From the IMG/VR virus record IMGVR_UViG_3300020392_000016, positions 1 to 60,880 of that record: a stretch of DNA of 60,880 nt; one strand, 5' to 3'. This document shows, one piece after another, positions 40,246-49,560 of this stretch (positions are counted from its first letter, which is position 1; the number at the start of each line of letters is the position of its first letter). This stretch comes from a virus (lineage: Duplodnaviria > Caudoviricetes). The notes under the pieces are model-generated. The model saw only the letters and a list, made by a program, of their open reading frames with translations, ran no database searches and had not been told where the DNA came from. A program made the translations under genes and the position numbers.

Positions 40246-42033
40246 ATGGGACAGATTCAAAAAACAGTAACAGTATTACCACAAGGTGATAATTATCAGT
40301 GGGAAGATGTAAACGGTGCAGTAGGCAACTGGTTATCTCTAACTCAAAATGGTAGTACAGATACTTGGACATTTGCTACAACAGGTGTAAATAATACAGG
40401 TTCTGATAGAACAGCTACGTTTAGACTGTTACATTCTACTTTCACAGAATTCCCTGGAGATCCTGGTCTGAAAGATGAGTTTACAATTACTCAATTGAGC
40501 TCTCAGCAATCTCTACCAGCATTTACTTATGCTGATTGGACAGGCTCCTTGACTGGTGTCGATGCAGCAGGTAATGTAAATATTGTTAATGGTAACTCTT
40601 CTACAGTAACTTCAAACCCTGCTAGTTTTCCTGCAAATACTACAATGGGAACTAACCAGGTAAGTTTAGTATTGACTGTTACAGTCCCTGCTGGTTATTC
40701 TAATACAGGAGGCACAGTTGATAGTGGTACTCTTACAGTAACACAACCTACTAGTTATGTTGCACCACAGACAATAACAGGGTCGATGAATATAAACTAT
40801 GGCGCTAGTGGTGGAGATGTATGTACAGGTGCAGGAACTTCTGTTACCGGTGTTGCAATAAACATAACTGGAATTCCTAATCCTACTAATGCACAATGGC
40901 AAACACAAGCTCGTGCACAGGCGGCAGATCACTTGAATACACTCAATGTTCCAGCTGGCCAATTCTATAAAGTAACAGCTATATCTGACCATAATAATGG
41001 TACGATTCCTACTTTAAATGAATTTGTTGAATATGATGGTGGCGGAATAATAGGAGATGTCGATCCATGTCCAAACCCACAATATACAGTTAACATTACA
41101 GCAAACAGTGCTATAGCTAACGCATCAATCTATAATGTTGCATCTGGAGGTGTACCTAACAATGTTATTACACAAGTTGGAGAGGCTGGTACTAGTATTA
41201 GTGATGCATTCTATGTTGAAGCAAACTCTGGCTATAACATTAGTCCTAGCCAGGTTAGTATATCTTCATGGGGCGGCGGAGGCTCTAATACTTATGTTAA
41301 TCCTAACGTGAATGCAGCAGGTAGGGTTGTTGTTGGATGGAACGACACTCTAGATCCAAACAATCTTAATTTTGCTATAGGAATAGCAGGTAGTGTAAGT
41401 CAATTAACATATACCGTGAACGTAGTAGAAACAAATAGTTCTAGTACAATATGTAGTGAAACTGTTAGTAATAATACATTCACATACCCACAGGGTGAAG
41501 GTGGAGTAAACTTCCAGAACTACTTCCTAAATAACTATTCAGTAACAGGTACTGACGGCTCGATAAAAATAATTAGCTCTAACGAACCTAACTTCTCTTG
41601 GGCAGGTTGGGCAATTACAATGAATAGCGAAAATGAACCGATGAACGGAGGTTGGTTTAACTGTAACGCTGGTCCTGGAGGACAACCTTCAGTATCAATA
41701 TCAGGAGAAGAATGGATCTACACAATGGGTTCACCTGAAGATTACACAGGAACTCCTAGTAATATATTTGGTTCTGGTGGAAATGGTAACCCTGATTTCC
41801 AATGGGCATTGTCTGGTATTAATGCTAACAAGTTCCAATTAACTAACGATACAGCAGCAGTATGTACGGTAGAATATATTGGTACTGGTGTTTGTGGTGG
41901 AGGTGGACATTCCGCTACTCTAACATGTACAGCAACAGGCTTTGATTCAAACGGACAATCAATACCATCGGTATCAGATACAAAAACAATAAACGGATGT
42001 GATGACTCTGGTGAAGGTGGCTCAGGTTCATAA
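40246..42033 (+). CDS. BACON/Ig-like multidomain adhesin or decoration protein
   Basis: N-terminal W+..N.G..R...+...F.ITQ BACON-like module; tandem beta-sandwich-like segments. Confidence 0.55.
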   Translation: MGQIQKTVTVLPQGDNYQWEDVNGAVGNWLSLTQNGSTDTWTFATTGVNNTGSDRTATFRLLHSTFTEFPGDPGLKDEFTITQLSSQQSLPAFTYADWTGSLTGVDAAGNVNIVNGNSSTVTSNPASFPANTTMGTNQVSLVLTVTVPAGYSNTGGTVDSGTLTVTQPTSYVAPQTITGSMNINYGASGGDVCTGAGTSVTGVAINITGIPNPTNAQWQTQARAQAADHLNTLNVPAGQFYKVTAISDHNNGTIPTLNEFVEYDGGGIIGDVDPCPNPQYTVNITANSAIANASIYNVASGGVPNNVITQVGEAGTSISDAFYVEANSGYNISPSQVSISSWGGGGSNTYVNPNVNAAGRVVVGWNDTLDPNNLNFAIGIAGSVSQLTYTVNVVETNSSSTICSETVSNNTFTYPQGEGGVNFQNYFLNNYSVTGTDGSIKIISSNEPNFSWAGWAITMNSENEPMNGGWFNCNAGPGGQPSVSISGEEWIYTMGSPEDYTGTPSNIFGSGGNGNPDFQWALSGINANKFQLTNDTAAVCTVEYIGTGVCGGGGHSATLTCTATGFDSNGQSIPSVSDTKTINGCDDSGEGGSGS

Positions 42034-42050
42034 AAATTAAAAGAAAAAAG

Positions 42051-42644
42051 ATGTATATATTAAATATAGGCCCAAACGTTTCTACTCAAGATCCTACAAA
42101 TTTTAAGAGATGTACACCTGCTAAAGTTAAGGCATGGTGGGAAGCAGTAAAGCAAAATATCCCAAACTATAATAACTATAATTGGCATATTGTAGGTGGA
42201 ATGGCTAATGGATCTCAAGATTCAAAAGATGCTGATATAGTGATAACGCCGCTATCTGGTGAAGTATATGATGAAAGTGAGTTAGCTGGTCTACAGTCTA
42301 TATTAGTAAACGCGACGCAATTAGGTTTAGATAATAACTTTTATTTAGATCTTAAAGCTACTCCATACCTTTGGACAAGTGCAATGGGTATCGATAGAGA
42401 TTGGTTTAAAATTCTTTGTTGGGATAAAATTACTATCACTATTGATGATTGGAGTGGGAATTGGAAAAACATTATGAGAAGGAAGGACGCTTCTTCTATA
42501 GAAAAGCTAGGTGAACTAGATCTATGGAAAGTATCGTGGGTAAACTATACAGGTGAAGTTTACTATCCTTATGGTTCAACTGCAACTGCGCAAACTTATA
42601 CAACAAGCTATACACCCGTTGAAGACTGGTGTAACGCACAATAA
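42051..42644 (+). CDS. Pol-beta-type nucleotidyltransferase-like protein
   Basis: IVGGMANG..DSKDADIV (GG/GS-x-DxD) plus a later YLDL. Confidence 0.45.
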   Translation: MYILNIGPNVSTQDPTNFKRCTPAKVKAWWEAVKQNIPNYNNYNWHIVGGMANGSQDSKDADIVITPLSGEVYDESELAGLQSILVNATQLGLDNNFYLDLKATPYLWTSAMGIDRDWFKILCWDKITITIDDWSGNWKNIMRRKDASSIEKLGELDLWKVSWVNYTGEVYYPYGSTATAQTYTTSYTPVEDWCNAQ

Positions 42645-42681
42645 TTAAACTGAATATATAATAAAAACAGACCGAAATTAG

Positions 42682-45093
42682 ATGGCAGTAACTCATAAAA
42701 AGACAGTAAATTTCTCAGGAGTAGCAGGAGGAGGTCAAGCAAACTATGATTGGCAAGACCCAAGTGTTAACTGGATAACATGGCCACCAACTCAAGTTGG
42801 AGCTACCGATGAGTGGGAGTTTGTTGTCGCATCAAATAGTGGAATTCAAAGACAGACTACAATTGAAGTAAGACATTGGGATTATGCTAATGATAATTCA
42901 TTAACAGATTCTTTTACTATTACACAAGCGGCAGCGCCGGCGGTGCCAACCTATACTAGTTTATCAGGGACACCAGATCCAGCTAATGAAGGTCAAGTAG
43001 TTACATTTACAGTACAAGGTACAGATTTATCAGCTGGTACAGTACCATATACATTAAGTGGTAGTGGTATAAATGCTAGTGATATTAACGGTGGTGTATT
43101 ATCTGGTAATATCACGATGGCAAATACTACTGGTAATAACTGGGAAGGTACTCTACAAGTAACTCTAACGAATGACCAAACACAAGAAGGTACTGAGAAT
43201 TTAATTTGCTCATTAGGTGCAACTGACTCTAATGGTGTTGCAACTGGTGGTTTTACAACTAATGTACAGGTCAACGATACTAGTACTCAACCTAGTACAG
43301 TTTCAATTGAATTACAGTGGTTTGAGAGTACAGCAACTTCAGGTAACTGGCAAGTATCAGGTTCTTCAGTTTCATCTGGTACAGTTACAAATGAGACGTC
43401 AACTGCAATTGCATCTAATTTTGATGCAGCTCCAGGTGAAGTAATACAATTTACAATTACTGGTACTACTAATGGAACTGACTTTACATCAGTTGGTGGT
43501 GCTGACATAATTACAATTTCATCTCAATCTGCTAGTGGTAGTTTAGTTTCAGAAAACTTAGTAAACCAAGATTCGATTTCATTCGTTTATCAATATACAG
43601 TTCCTGCAGCTAATGAAACAAAAGGTGTAACATTTGCAGCTGAGACTCTACCTGATGCTGGTAATAATCAAATATGGGTAACATCAGGTGTAGACGATCC
43701 ATCTACTAATACTACAACGGGTGGTACAGGTCAGATGGCTTATACTCTGAATAATAGTGCTAACAATCCACTGCCTTTCGAAATAAGAGTTAAATTAGAC
43801 CCAGATGGTGCTTTAGCAGATACAGGACTAAACCCAGAAATTTATTTCGCATCTGATGCGGCAGGTACACAGGCTACCGTACCATGGTTCGTAGAACTTG
43901 ATAGTATAGATAACAACCACACAGATGCCGATGGTGCAAATGCAGAGGTAACCTTTACTGAAGGAGTTGTCTCAACCCCAGGTGGAGGAACTCCATCAGG
44001 CTTTACTGGTACTCCGGCACCGGTGTCTCCGTCCCCGACTCCGACGGCTGAACAATATGGTGGCTCACCGGGAGCTTCACCAATGGCAGGACCACAACCT
44101 CCAGCTGGAAGTAACAATCAATGTTACATAATTATTAAACACCCAGGAGATCCTGCTAACTATGTCTCAATCAACTATACAGGTTCAAGTCAAGTAACTA
44201 CTACTCAGGCAACTACGCCTCCTAGTTCAGAAACTTTTAACTGGGATAATTCATACACTCAAACTGCACCAGCATTTATGGATTGGGATACTACAACTGG
44301 TGAGAATAGACAACCATTCTCATGGACTGGTGGTACTCTATCAGGTGGTACTGCAGCACAGAGTGATTTTAACTGGTATAACTGGACTGGATTACAATCC
44401 GCTGCCGTAACAGTTAGAAACGCTTCTGATACAGGTGCTCACGCAGGTGGACCAGGTGTTGCTGTTTTCAACTTCCAAGAAGATGGAACTAATCCAGGAC
44501 AACAAGGACCGGAGCAAAATGGTGTCATGTTCGATGGAACTGAAGGAGGTACTAGTGTTACACTTGTAAATTCTACTCCAGGTATGTGGGTATCATTGAT
44601 GGCTTCTTGTCACGTTGCAGGTACAGTAATGAATTTAGCTGATGGTAGTACAAAATTAGTTGAAGACCTACAGGTTGGAGATGTACTTAAATCTTATACA
44701 ATCCCAGGAAAAGGTGAAGATGAGAATAAAGACCCATGGCAAACATATAGTTCTCAATTAAACCAATGGACTACAACTCCAACAACTGCTACAGTTGCTA
44801 GTAAGGCAAGTTCATCATGGGGAAGTTACATCAACTTTAATGAAGGTTTAACTAAAGTAACAAGTGAACACCCAGTTCTAGTAAAATCAGCTGGTAATGA
44901 TATTACATTTAAACAAGCAATGAATGTTGTTGTAGGAGATTCATTCTTCGTTAACGATGCATGGGTAGCAATTACATCAGCAGAAACAGTAACTGAAAAC
45001 ATAACTGCATATAAGATTGACGTAGAACCTGCAGATGTTTATGTGGCCGATGGCATACTATGGCATAATGGCCCTAACATTGGAAAAGAATAA
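42682..45093 (+). CDS. BACON/Calx-beta-like adhesin with C-terminal Hint (intein-like) domain
   Basis: Hint aa 643-796: CHVAGT.+.LADG..K.VEDL.VGD.L, TSEHP, Y.IDVE...Y.ADGILWHN. Confidence 0.8.
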   Translation: MAVTHKKTVNFSGVAGGGQANYDWQDPSVNWITWPPTQVGATDEWEFVVASNSGIQRQTTIEVRHWDYANDNSLTDSFTITQAAAPAVPTYTSLSGTPDPANEGQVVTFTVQGTDLSAGTVPYTLSGSGINASDINGGVLSGNITMANTTGNNWEGTLQVTLTNDQTQEGTENLICSLGATDSNGVATGGFTTNVQVNDTSTQPSTVSIELQWFESTATSGNWQVSGSSVSSGTVTNETSTAIASNFDAAPGEVIQFTITGTTNGTDFTSVGGADIITISSQSASGSLVSENLVNQDSISFVYQYTVPAANETKGVTFAAETLPDAGNNQIWVTSGVDDPSTNTTTGGTGQMAYTLNNSANNPLPFEIRVKLDPDGALADTGLNPEIYFASDAAGTQATVPWFVELDSIDNNHTDADGANAEVTFTEGVVSTPGGGTPSGFTGTPAPVSPSPTPTAEQYGGSPGASPMAGPQPPAGSNNQCYIIIKHPGDPANYVSINYTGSSQVTTTQATTPPSSETFNWDNSYTQTAPAFMDWDTTTGENRQPFSWTGGTLSGGTAAQSDFNWYNWTGLQSAAVTVRNASDTGAHAGGPGVAVFNFQEDGTNPGQQGPEQNGVMFDGTEGGTSVTLVNSTPGMWVSLMASCHVAGTVMNLADGSTKLVEDLQVGDVLKSYTIPGKGEDENKDPWQTYSSQLNQWTTTPTTATVASKASSSWGSYINFNEGLTKVTSEHPVLVKSAGNDITFKQAMNVVVGDSFFVNDAWVAITSAETVTENITAYKIDVEPADVYVADGILWHNGPNIGKE

Positions 45094-45131
45094 GATATAT
45101 AATAATATATTATTAAACAAAACTAGTAAAA

Positions 45132-45806
45132 ATGGCTAAAAAAATACTATCATTTGAAGAATATCAAGTTCAACTTAAAGCTGAACAAGATAACGTAGAT
45201 ACTACAGAAGAAGTAGAAAACGAAGAGTGTCCTTGTGGAACAGACGAAGACGGCAACTGTATAGAGTGCGAAGACGATGTAATCGTTACGGCTCCAGTTG
45301 AAGACGACGATGAAGACGAGGATGACGACGAAATAGAAGACGAAGAGGATGATGACGACGATGATGATGATTCTGATGAAGATGATGACGATGATGAAGA
45401 CGATGATGATGAAGAAGATGACGATGAAGAATCTGACGAAGAAGAGTCTGAAGAAGCTCCTGAAGAAGGTGGCGAAGAAGCTGCTCCAGAAGGAGGAGAA
45501 GAAGCACCAGCAGTAGAAGCTCCATCTGTAGAGGAAATGTTAAAAGAGTCTTACGCTAAAGTTAAAGAAGCTGCAATTGCTTACGAAAATGACGATTACC
45601 AAGACCACACATTAGAAATGTATATGAAAGAGAATGCAGCTCTAATTGCTACTCTTGCTACACAAGCAATGGAAGAGGGTTATGGTGAAGTTAAAGAGAC
45701 TGAATTAACTCAAGAAATGTACGAAGCACATTGTAACGAGATGAAAGAAGCTTATGTTAAGAAAATGGATGAGCTTAAAGAAGTCTACGGTGCATCAAAA
45801 GAGTAA
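45132..45806 (+). CDS. Extremely acidic protein (scaffold or DNA-mimic candidate)
   Basis: MAKKILSFEEY start; run of about 50 nearly pure D/E residues; CPC...CIEC. Confidence 0.6.
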   Translation: MAKKILSFEEYQVQLKAEQDNVDTTEEVENEECPCGTDEDGNCIECEDDVIVTAPVEDDDEDEDDDEIEDEEDDDDDDDDSDEDDDDDEDDDDEEDDDEESDEEESEEAPEEGGEEAAPEGGEEAPAVEAPSVEEMLKESYAKVKEAAIAYENDDYQDHTLEMYMKENAALIATLATQAMEEGYGEVKETELTQEMYEAHCNEMKEAYVKKMDELKEVYGASKE

Positions 45807-45813
45807 TAGAACT

Positions 45814-46440
45814 ATGAAATACATCAAGTCGATAAACGAATTAAAAGAGGCTAGACAGGCTCCTGCTAAGAGATTATTTAAAGACGTTGTCAAAGGCAAC
45901 ACTACTTCTATTGAAGGTCAAAAGATCTCTAAGGAGATGGCGCAAGCTGCATTAGACTGGTTTGACAGATCTGTATATGCTAGAAAATATGCAAATCAAG
46001 TTCAAAAGGCTGGTATGGGTGCAGTAGCTCCACTTATTTTCGGTGACTATTGGGGTATTAAGAAGACTATAAGTCGTAAACTAAAAGACGAATTCAAAGG
46101 ATTACAAGACGTATATAAGAGAGAAATGTCTGAGTCAGTATTAAATGAGTCGGATGCAACTCCTACCATGATGTTAGCACAAGAAATTGACGGTGCTGAA
46201 TATCACATGGCATTTTCAGATGGCGGCATCAATGTAGATGCTAGATCGACTAAGAGAACCTGGGACGATGGTGTACCAGTACTTAAATATATTGCAAGAG
46301 CACCTAAGAAATCAGTAGAAATACCGAAGGGTAAATTTGAGGTAGTTATTGATGACAAATACGGGTGGTATTACTGGCAGAATAAAGGTACTTGGTATGG
46401 TATGGAACAGGATGGCGAAACACCCCCATTTGAATACTAA
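45814..46440 (+). CDS. Two-domain putative internal head protein
   Basis: Start moved to ATG 45814 (MKYIKSINE); internal ESVLNE. Confidence 0.55.
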   Translation: MKYIKSINELKEARQAPAKRLFKDVVKGNTTSIEGQKISKEMAQAALDWFDRSVYARKYANQVQKAGMGAVAPLIFGDYWGIKKTISRKLKDEFKGLQDVYKREMSESVLNESDATPTMMLAQEIDGAEYHMAFSDGGINVDARSTKRTWDDGVPVLKYIARAPKKSVEIPKGKFEVVIDDKYGWYYWQNKGTWYGMEQDGETPPFEY

Positions 46441-46468
46441 GCAGGCACACATTTTAGAAACTTTTAAG

Positions 46469-46506
46469 AAAGTCTATGTATAATTATTGTAAACATAGAC
46501 TTTTTT
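46469..46506 (+). terminator. Hairpin/terminator overlapping a GAAAC-N17-TATAAT promoter
   Basis: AAAGTCTATGT-N13-ACATAGACTTT followed by a T run. Confidence 0.55.
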
Positions 46507-46509
46507 AGT

Positions 46510-47016
46510 ATGCCAAGAATTCCCGTAGATTTAATTTACATGCAGATGGCTTATCAAGTAGCCAAGCTCTCGTACGCTAAACGTAGGCGCGTTGGTTGTA
46601 TTATCGTGAAAGATACACAGGTAATTGCAACTGGGTATAACGGTACGCCACATGGCTTTGAAAACGACTGTGAAGAGATGCAGACTAGAGAGATAGAGAA
46701 TGAAAATCATAGAAAAGTACTAGAAGAAAAAGGCTATGAGTGCGAAGACACATGTTGTCACAAAGAGGTAACTAAAAGAGAGGTATTACATGCAGAGTCT
46801 AACGCTCTAGCAAAAGTAAGTAAGTCTACACTCTCATCAGAAGGCGCAGATATGTATGTAACTACATGTCCATGTTTCGACTGCGCAAAATTAATTATTC
46901 AAGCAGGTATTAAAAGAGTATTCTTCTCAGAAGACTATCGAGATATGTCTGGTATTGCTCTATTAGAAAAGGCAGGTATTGAAGTAAATGAGGTAATATC
47001 TTGGAACGCGGAGTAA
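46510..47016 (+). CDS. dCMP deaminase
   Basis: VGC.IV, TGYNG.P, HAESNA, PCFDC. Confidence 0.92.
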   Translation: MPRIPVDLIYMQMAYQVAKLSYAKRRRVGCIIVKDTQVIATGYNGTPHGFENDCEEMQTREIENENHRKVLEEKGYECEDTCCHKEVTKREVLHAESNALAKVSKSTLSSEGADMYVTTCPCFDCAKLIIQAGIKRVFFSEDYRDMSGIALLEKAGIEVNEVISWNAE

Positions 47017-48731
47017 GTCAAATTATTGATGACTCACTAAAAGCAAATAAATTTGGTGAAGGTTTCTCATTCAGAGAAGGACAGAGAGAAGTCGTTGAGG
47101 CTATCTGTAATCACTATCTTGAAGATCCAGAAGGCACGGTTATCCTAGATGCTCCAACTGGAAGTGGTAAATCACTAATTGCTATGTGGTGCGCGCACAT
47201 TCTAAAAGAACTCGGTAACCGAGGTTATCTCGTCACATCTGACCTAATGCTACAAGATCAGTATGAAGAAGATTTCAGAAGACTAAAACTGGATTGGCCC
47301 AGTATCAGAGGAGTAGACAACTATGAATGTAATGTAAATGGTCTCACGTTCTCTCTAGCAGACTGTAAGATGAAAGGTATTGGATATGAAGCTGCAGAGA
47401 AACTTTCATGCTGGAACACTTGTGGGTATCTACAAGCCAGAAAGCGCGCGAAGGAGCTACCTGTAGCTCTCTTCAACTACTCATATTATCTAATACAAAG
47501 GAATTATGTAGAAGACAAGATGATAGATCAGGGTAGGGAAGTACCTTTTACACAGAGAGACTTTGTATTCTTTGATGAAGCACATAAGGTAGACAATATA
47601 GTACAGTCACACTTCTCACCTAGATTAGAGACCAGTACACCTAAGATATTTAGAGAGGTAAACAAATTCGTACAGAAACATGCAATCAATGCTGCCTGGG
47701 TATCTGAGAACAGAATAGCTGATATTGTCGACCGCTTAATGCGGGAAGACGATCACCAGGAGTTAATGAGGCACATTGGAGAGTTCAGAGGTATTGCGGT
47801 CATTTATCGCCGAGTCCAGTCAGCGGCCCTACTCCAAAGTAAGATGAGATTTAAACATGGTGAGGTTCCTAGAGAATGGCAAACTTTTTTTGGACGAATG
47901 GACAGACTAAAAGACATTTGGTGCAAGTTTGATGACTATCATGACATAATTAAAGAACTCGGCACTGATGCAATCGTTATTAATCGAAAAGAGAACGAAA
48001 CTCAATTCTTATGTTTAGAAGAAGCAATGATGATTGATAAATTCTTACAGAAGAAGAGTGGTTTTAAAGTCTTTATGTCAGCAACATTAGGTGATATTAG
48101 ATCTTATGCGAGACATACTAAAATGGGTAATGCGAAAGTTATCAGAATGAATAACAATTTTTCCTACGAAAAATCTCCCGTGGTTTTCATCAATAGGCAC
48201 AAATTATCTTTTAGAGAACGCGAACAAAATCTCCCCAAGGTAGTAAAGACACTTGACAAGATCTTGGAGAAACATAAAGGACAAAGTGGAATTATTCACG
48301 CCGGTTCCTATGATTTCATGAACTACATCAATCAACATTCTAAACATAAATTCAGTTTTATCACCTATGATGTAGCGAAAGAAAGACAGGCCGCAATTAG
48401 AAACTTTAATGAATTAGATGGTAAAATACTTGTAGGTCCCTCTCTGTTGGAAGGTTTAGACTTAAAAGATGACAAATCTAGATTTCAGATTTTCTTTAAA
48501 GTACCCTATCCAAGTTTAGGTGACCCACTTGTAAAAGCAAAGATGTCCGCGTTTGCTGATTGGTATGATTGGAAAACAGGCATTGCAATACAACAAGGAG
48601 CTGGTCGTAGTATCAGATCCAAAGATGATTGGGCAGTAACTTATATTTTAGATGCGTGCTTTAGAAGCTTGATAAATAAAAAAGGGTTGTTTCCCCCATC
48701 TTTTGAAGAAAGACTTAAAACAATATACTAA
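47001..48731 (+). CDS. DinG/Rad3-family SF2 helicase
   Basis: APTGSGKS, DEAH, MSAT, EGLD, KVPYP, QGAGRSIR; Fe-S-type cysteines. Confidence 0.88.
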   Translation: MERGVSQIIDDSLKANKFGEGFSFREGQREVVEAICNHYLEDPEGTVILDAPTGSGKSLIAMWCAHILKELGNRGYLVTSDLMLQDQYEEDFRRLKLDWPSIRGVDNYECNVNGLTFSLADCKMKGIGYEAAEKLSCWNTCGYLQARKRAKELPVALFNYSYYLIQRNYVEDKMIDQGREVPFTQRDFVFFDEAHKVDNIVQSHFSPRLETSTPKIFREVNKFVQKHAINAAWVSENRIADIVDRLMREDDHQELMRHIGEFRGIAVIYRRVQSAALLQSKMRFKHGEVPREWQTFFGRMDRLKDIWCKFDDYHDIIKELGTDAIVINRKENETQFLCLEEAMMIDKFLQKKSGFKVFMSATLGDIRSYARHTKMGNAKVIRMNNNFSYEKSPVVFINRHKLSFREREQNLPKVVKTLDKILEKHKGQSGIIHAGSYDFMNYINQHSKHKFSFITYDVAKERQAAIRNFNELDGKILVGPSLLEGLDLKDDKSRFQIFFKVPYPSLGDPLVKAKMSAFADWYDWKTGIAIQQGAGRSIRSKDDWAVTYILDACFRSLINKKGLFPPSFEERLKTIY

Positions 48732-49319
48732 ATGGCATATAACTTACTTATTATAGACGATTTCTACAATAACCCTGACGAGGTAAGAGCATTTGCACTA
48801 AAACAAGATTTTGGTGTGAAAGGTAATTATCCAGGTCAGAGAACAAAACCATTCCTATCAGATTCTGGTAAAGAATATATTGCAAAACATTTAAGAGCAA
48901 TACATGGTGAACCTGAATTCCCTGAAAATGAAGATAGTTATTGCGGAGCATTTCAATTTACCACAGCTAGAGATAGAACTTGGATCCATGCAGATGGTTG
49001 GAACAAATGGGCAGGCGTATGGTATGGAACTCCTAACGCACCTCTATCTGGTGGTACAGGTATATTTAGACACAAAGCAACTGGTTTAATCAAAGCACCT
49101 CGTTTAGCAGATGGTACTACAAATAAAGAGCTTTTAGATGAAATTTATTTAGATGCTCAAGATATGACTAAATGGGAAATGGTAGACCGAGTAGGTAATG
49201 TATACAACAGATTAGTATTATACCATGGTGATTTATTTCATGCCTCTTTAGATTATTTTGGCAGAGATATTAATGATGGTAGATTATTTCAAACTTTTTT
49301 CTTTAACACTAAAAACTAA
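48732..49319 (+). CDS. 2OG-Fe(II) oxygenase-like protein (DUF6445-like)
   Basis: IIDDFY.NP, YPGQR, WIHAD, YNRLVLY...FH, RLFQTFF. Confidence 0.7.
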   Translation: MAYNLLIIDDFYNNPDEVRAFALKQDFGVKGNYPGQRTKPFLSDSGKEYIAKHLRAIHGEPEFPENEDSYCGAFQFTTARDRTWIHADGWNKWAGVWYGTPNAPLSGGTGIFRHKATGLIKAPRLADGTTNKELLDEIYLDAQDMTKWEMVDRVGNVYNRLVLYHGDLFHASLDYFGRDINDGRLFQTFFFNTKN

Positions 49320-49322
49320 ATC

Positions 49323-49544
49323 ATGGGCTTCAATAAATTAAACTTACCAGACCTAGATGTATTAAAAGAACAATTAGCACAATGGGGCAAAGATGACTTC
49401 ACAGCTTATTGGAAAAACCTCTTTGAAAGAAGAGATGCTATCTGTGGTCCACCCGAATCACATGACTTTATTAAACTTTTTCTAAATCGTGAGTATAATT
49501 ATAGAAAGACTGGTCAAATTGAGTTTGACTTTGATGAAGTCTAG
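49323..49544 (+). CDS. Hypothetical protein
   Basis: 73 aa ORF. Confidence 0.55.
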   Translation: MGFNKLNLPDLDVLKEQLAQWGKDDFTAYWKNLFERRDAICGPPESHDFIKLFLNREYNYRKTGQIEFDFDEV

Positions 49545-49560
49545 TTTTAAAAACAATAAA

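Noticed and set aside
44608-45069. Mobile intein
   Set aside because: No endonuclease domain, Gly at +1 and only a 7-aa C-extein; treated as a Hint autoprocessing domain
45286-45525. Antisense His/Arg/Leu-rich ORF
   Set aside because: Reverse-complement shadow of the GAT/GAA acidic tract
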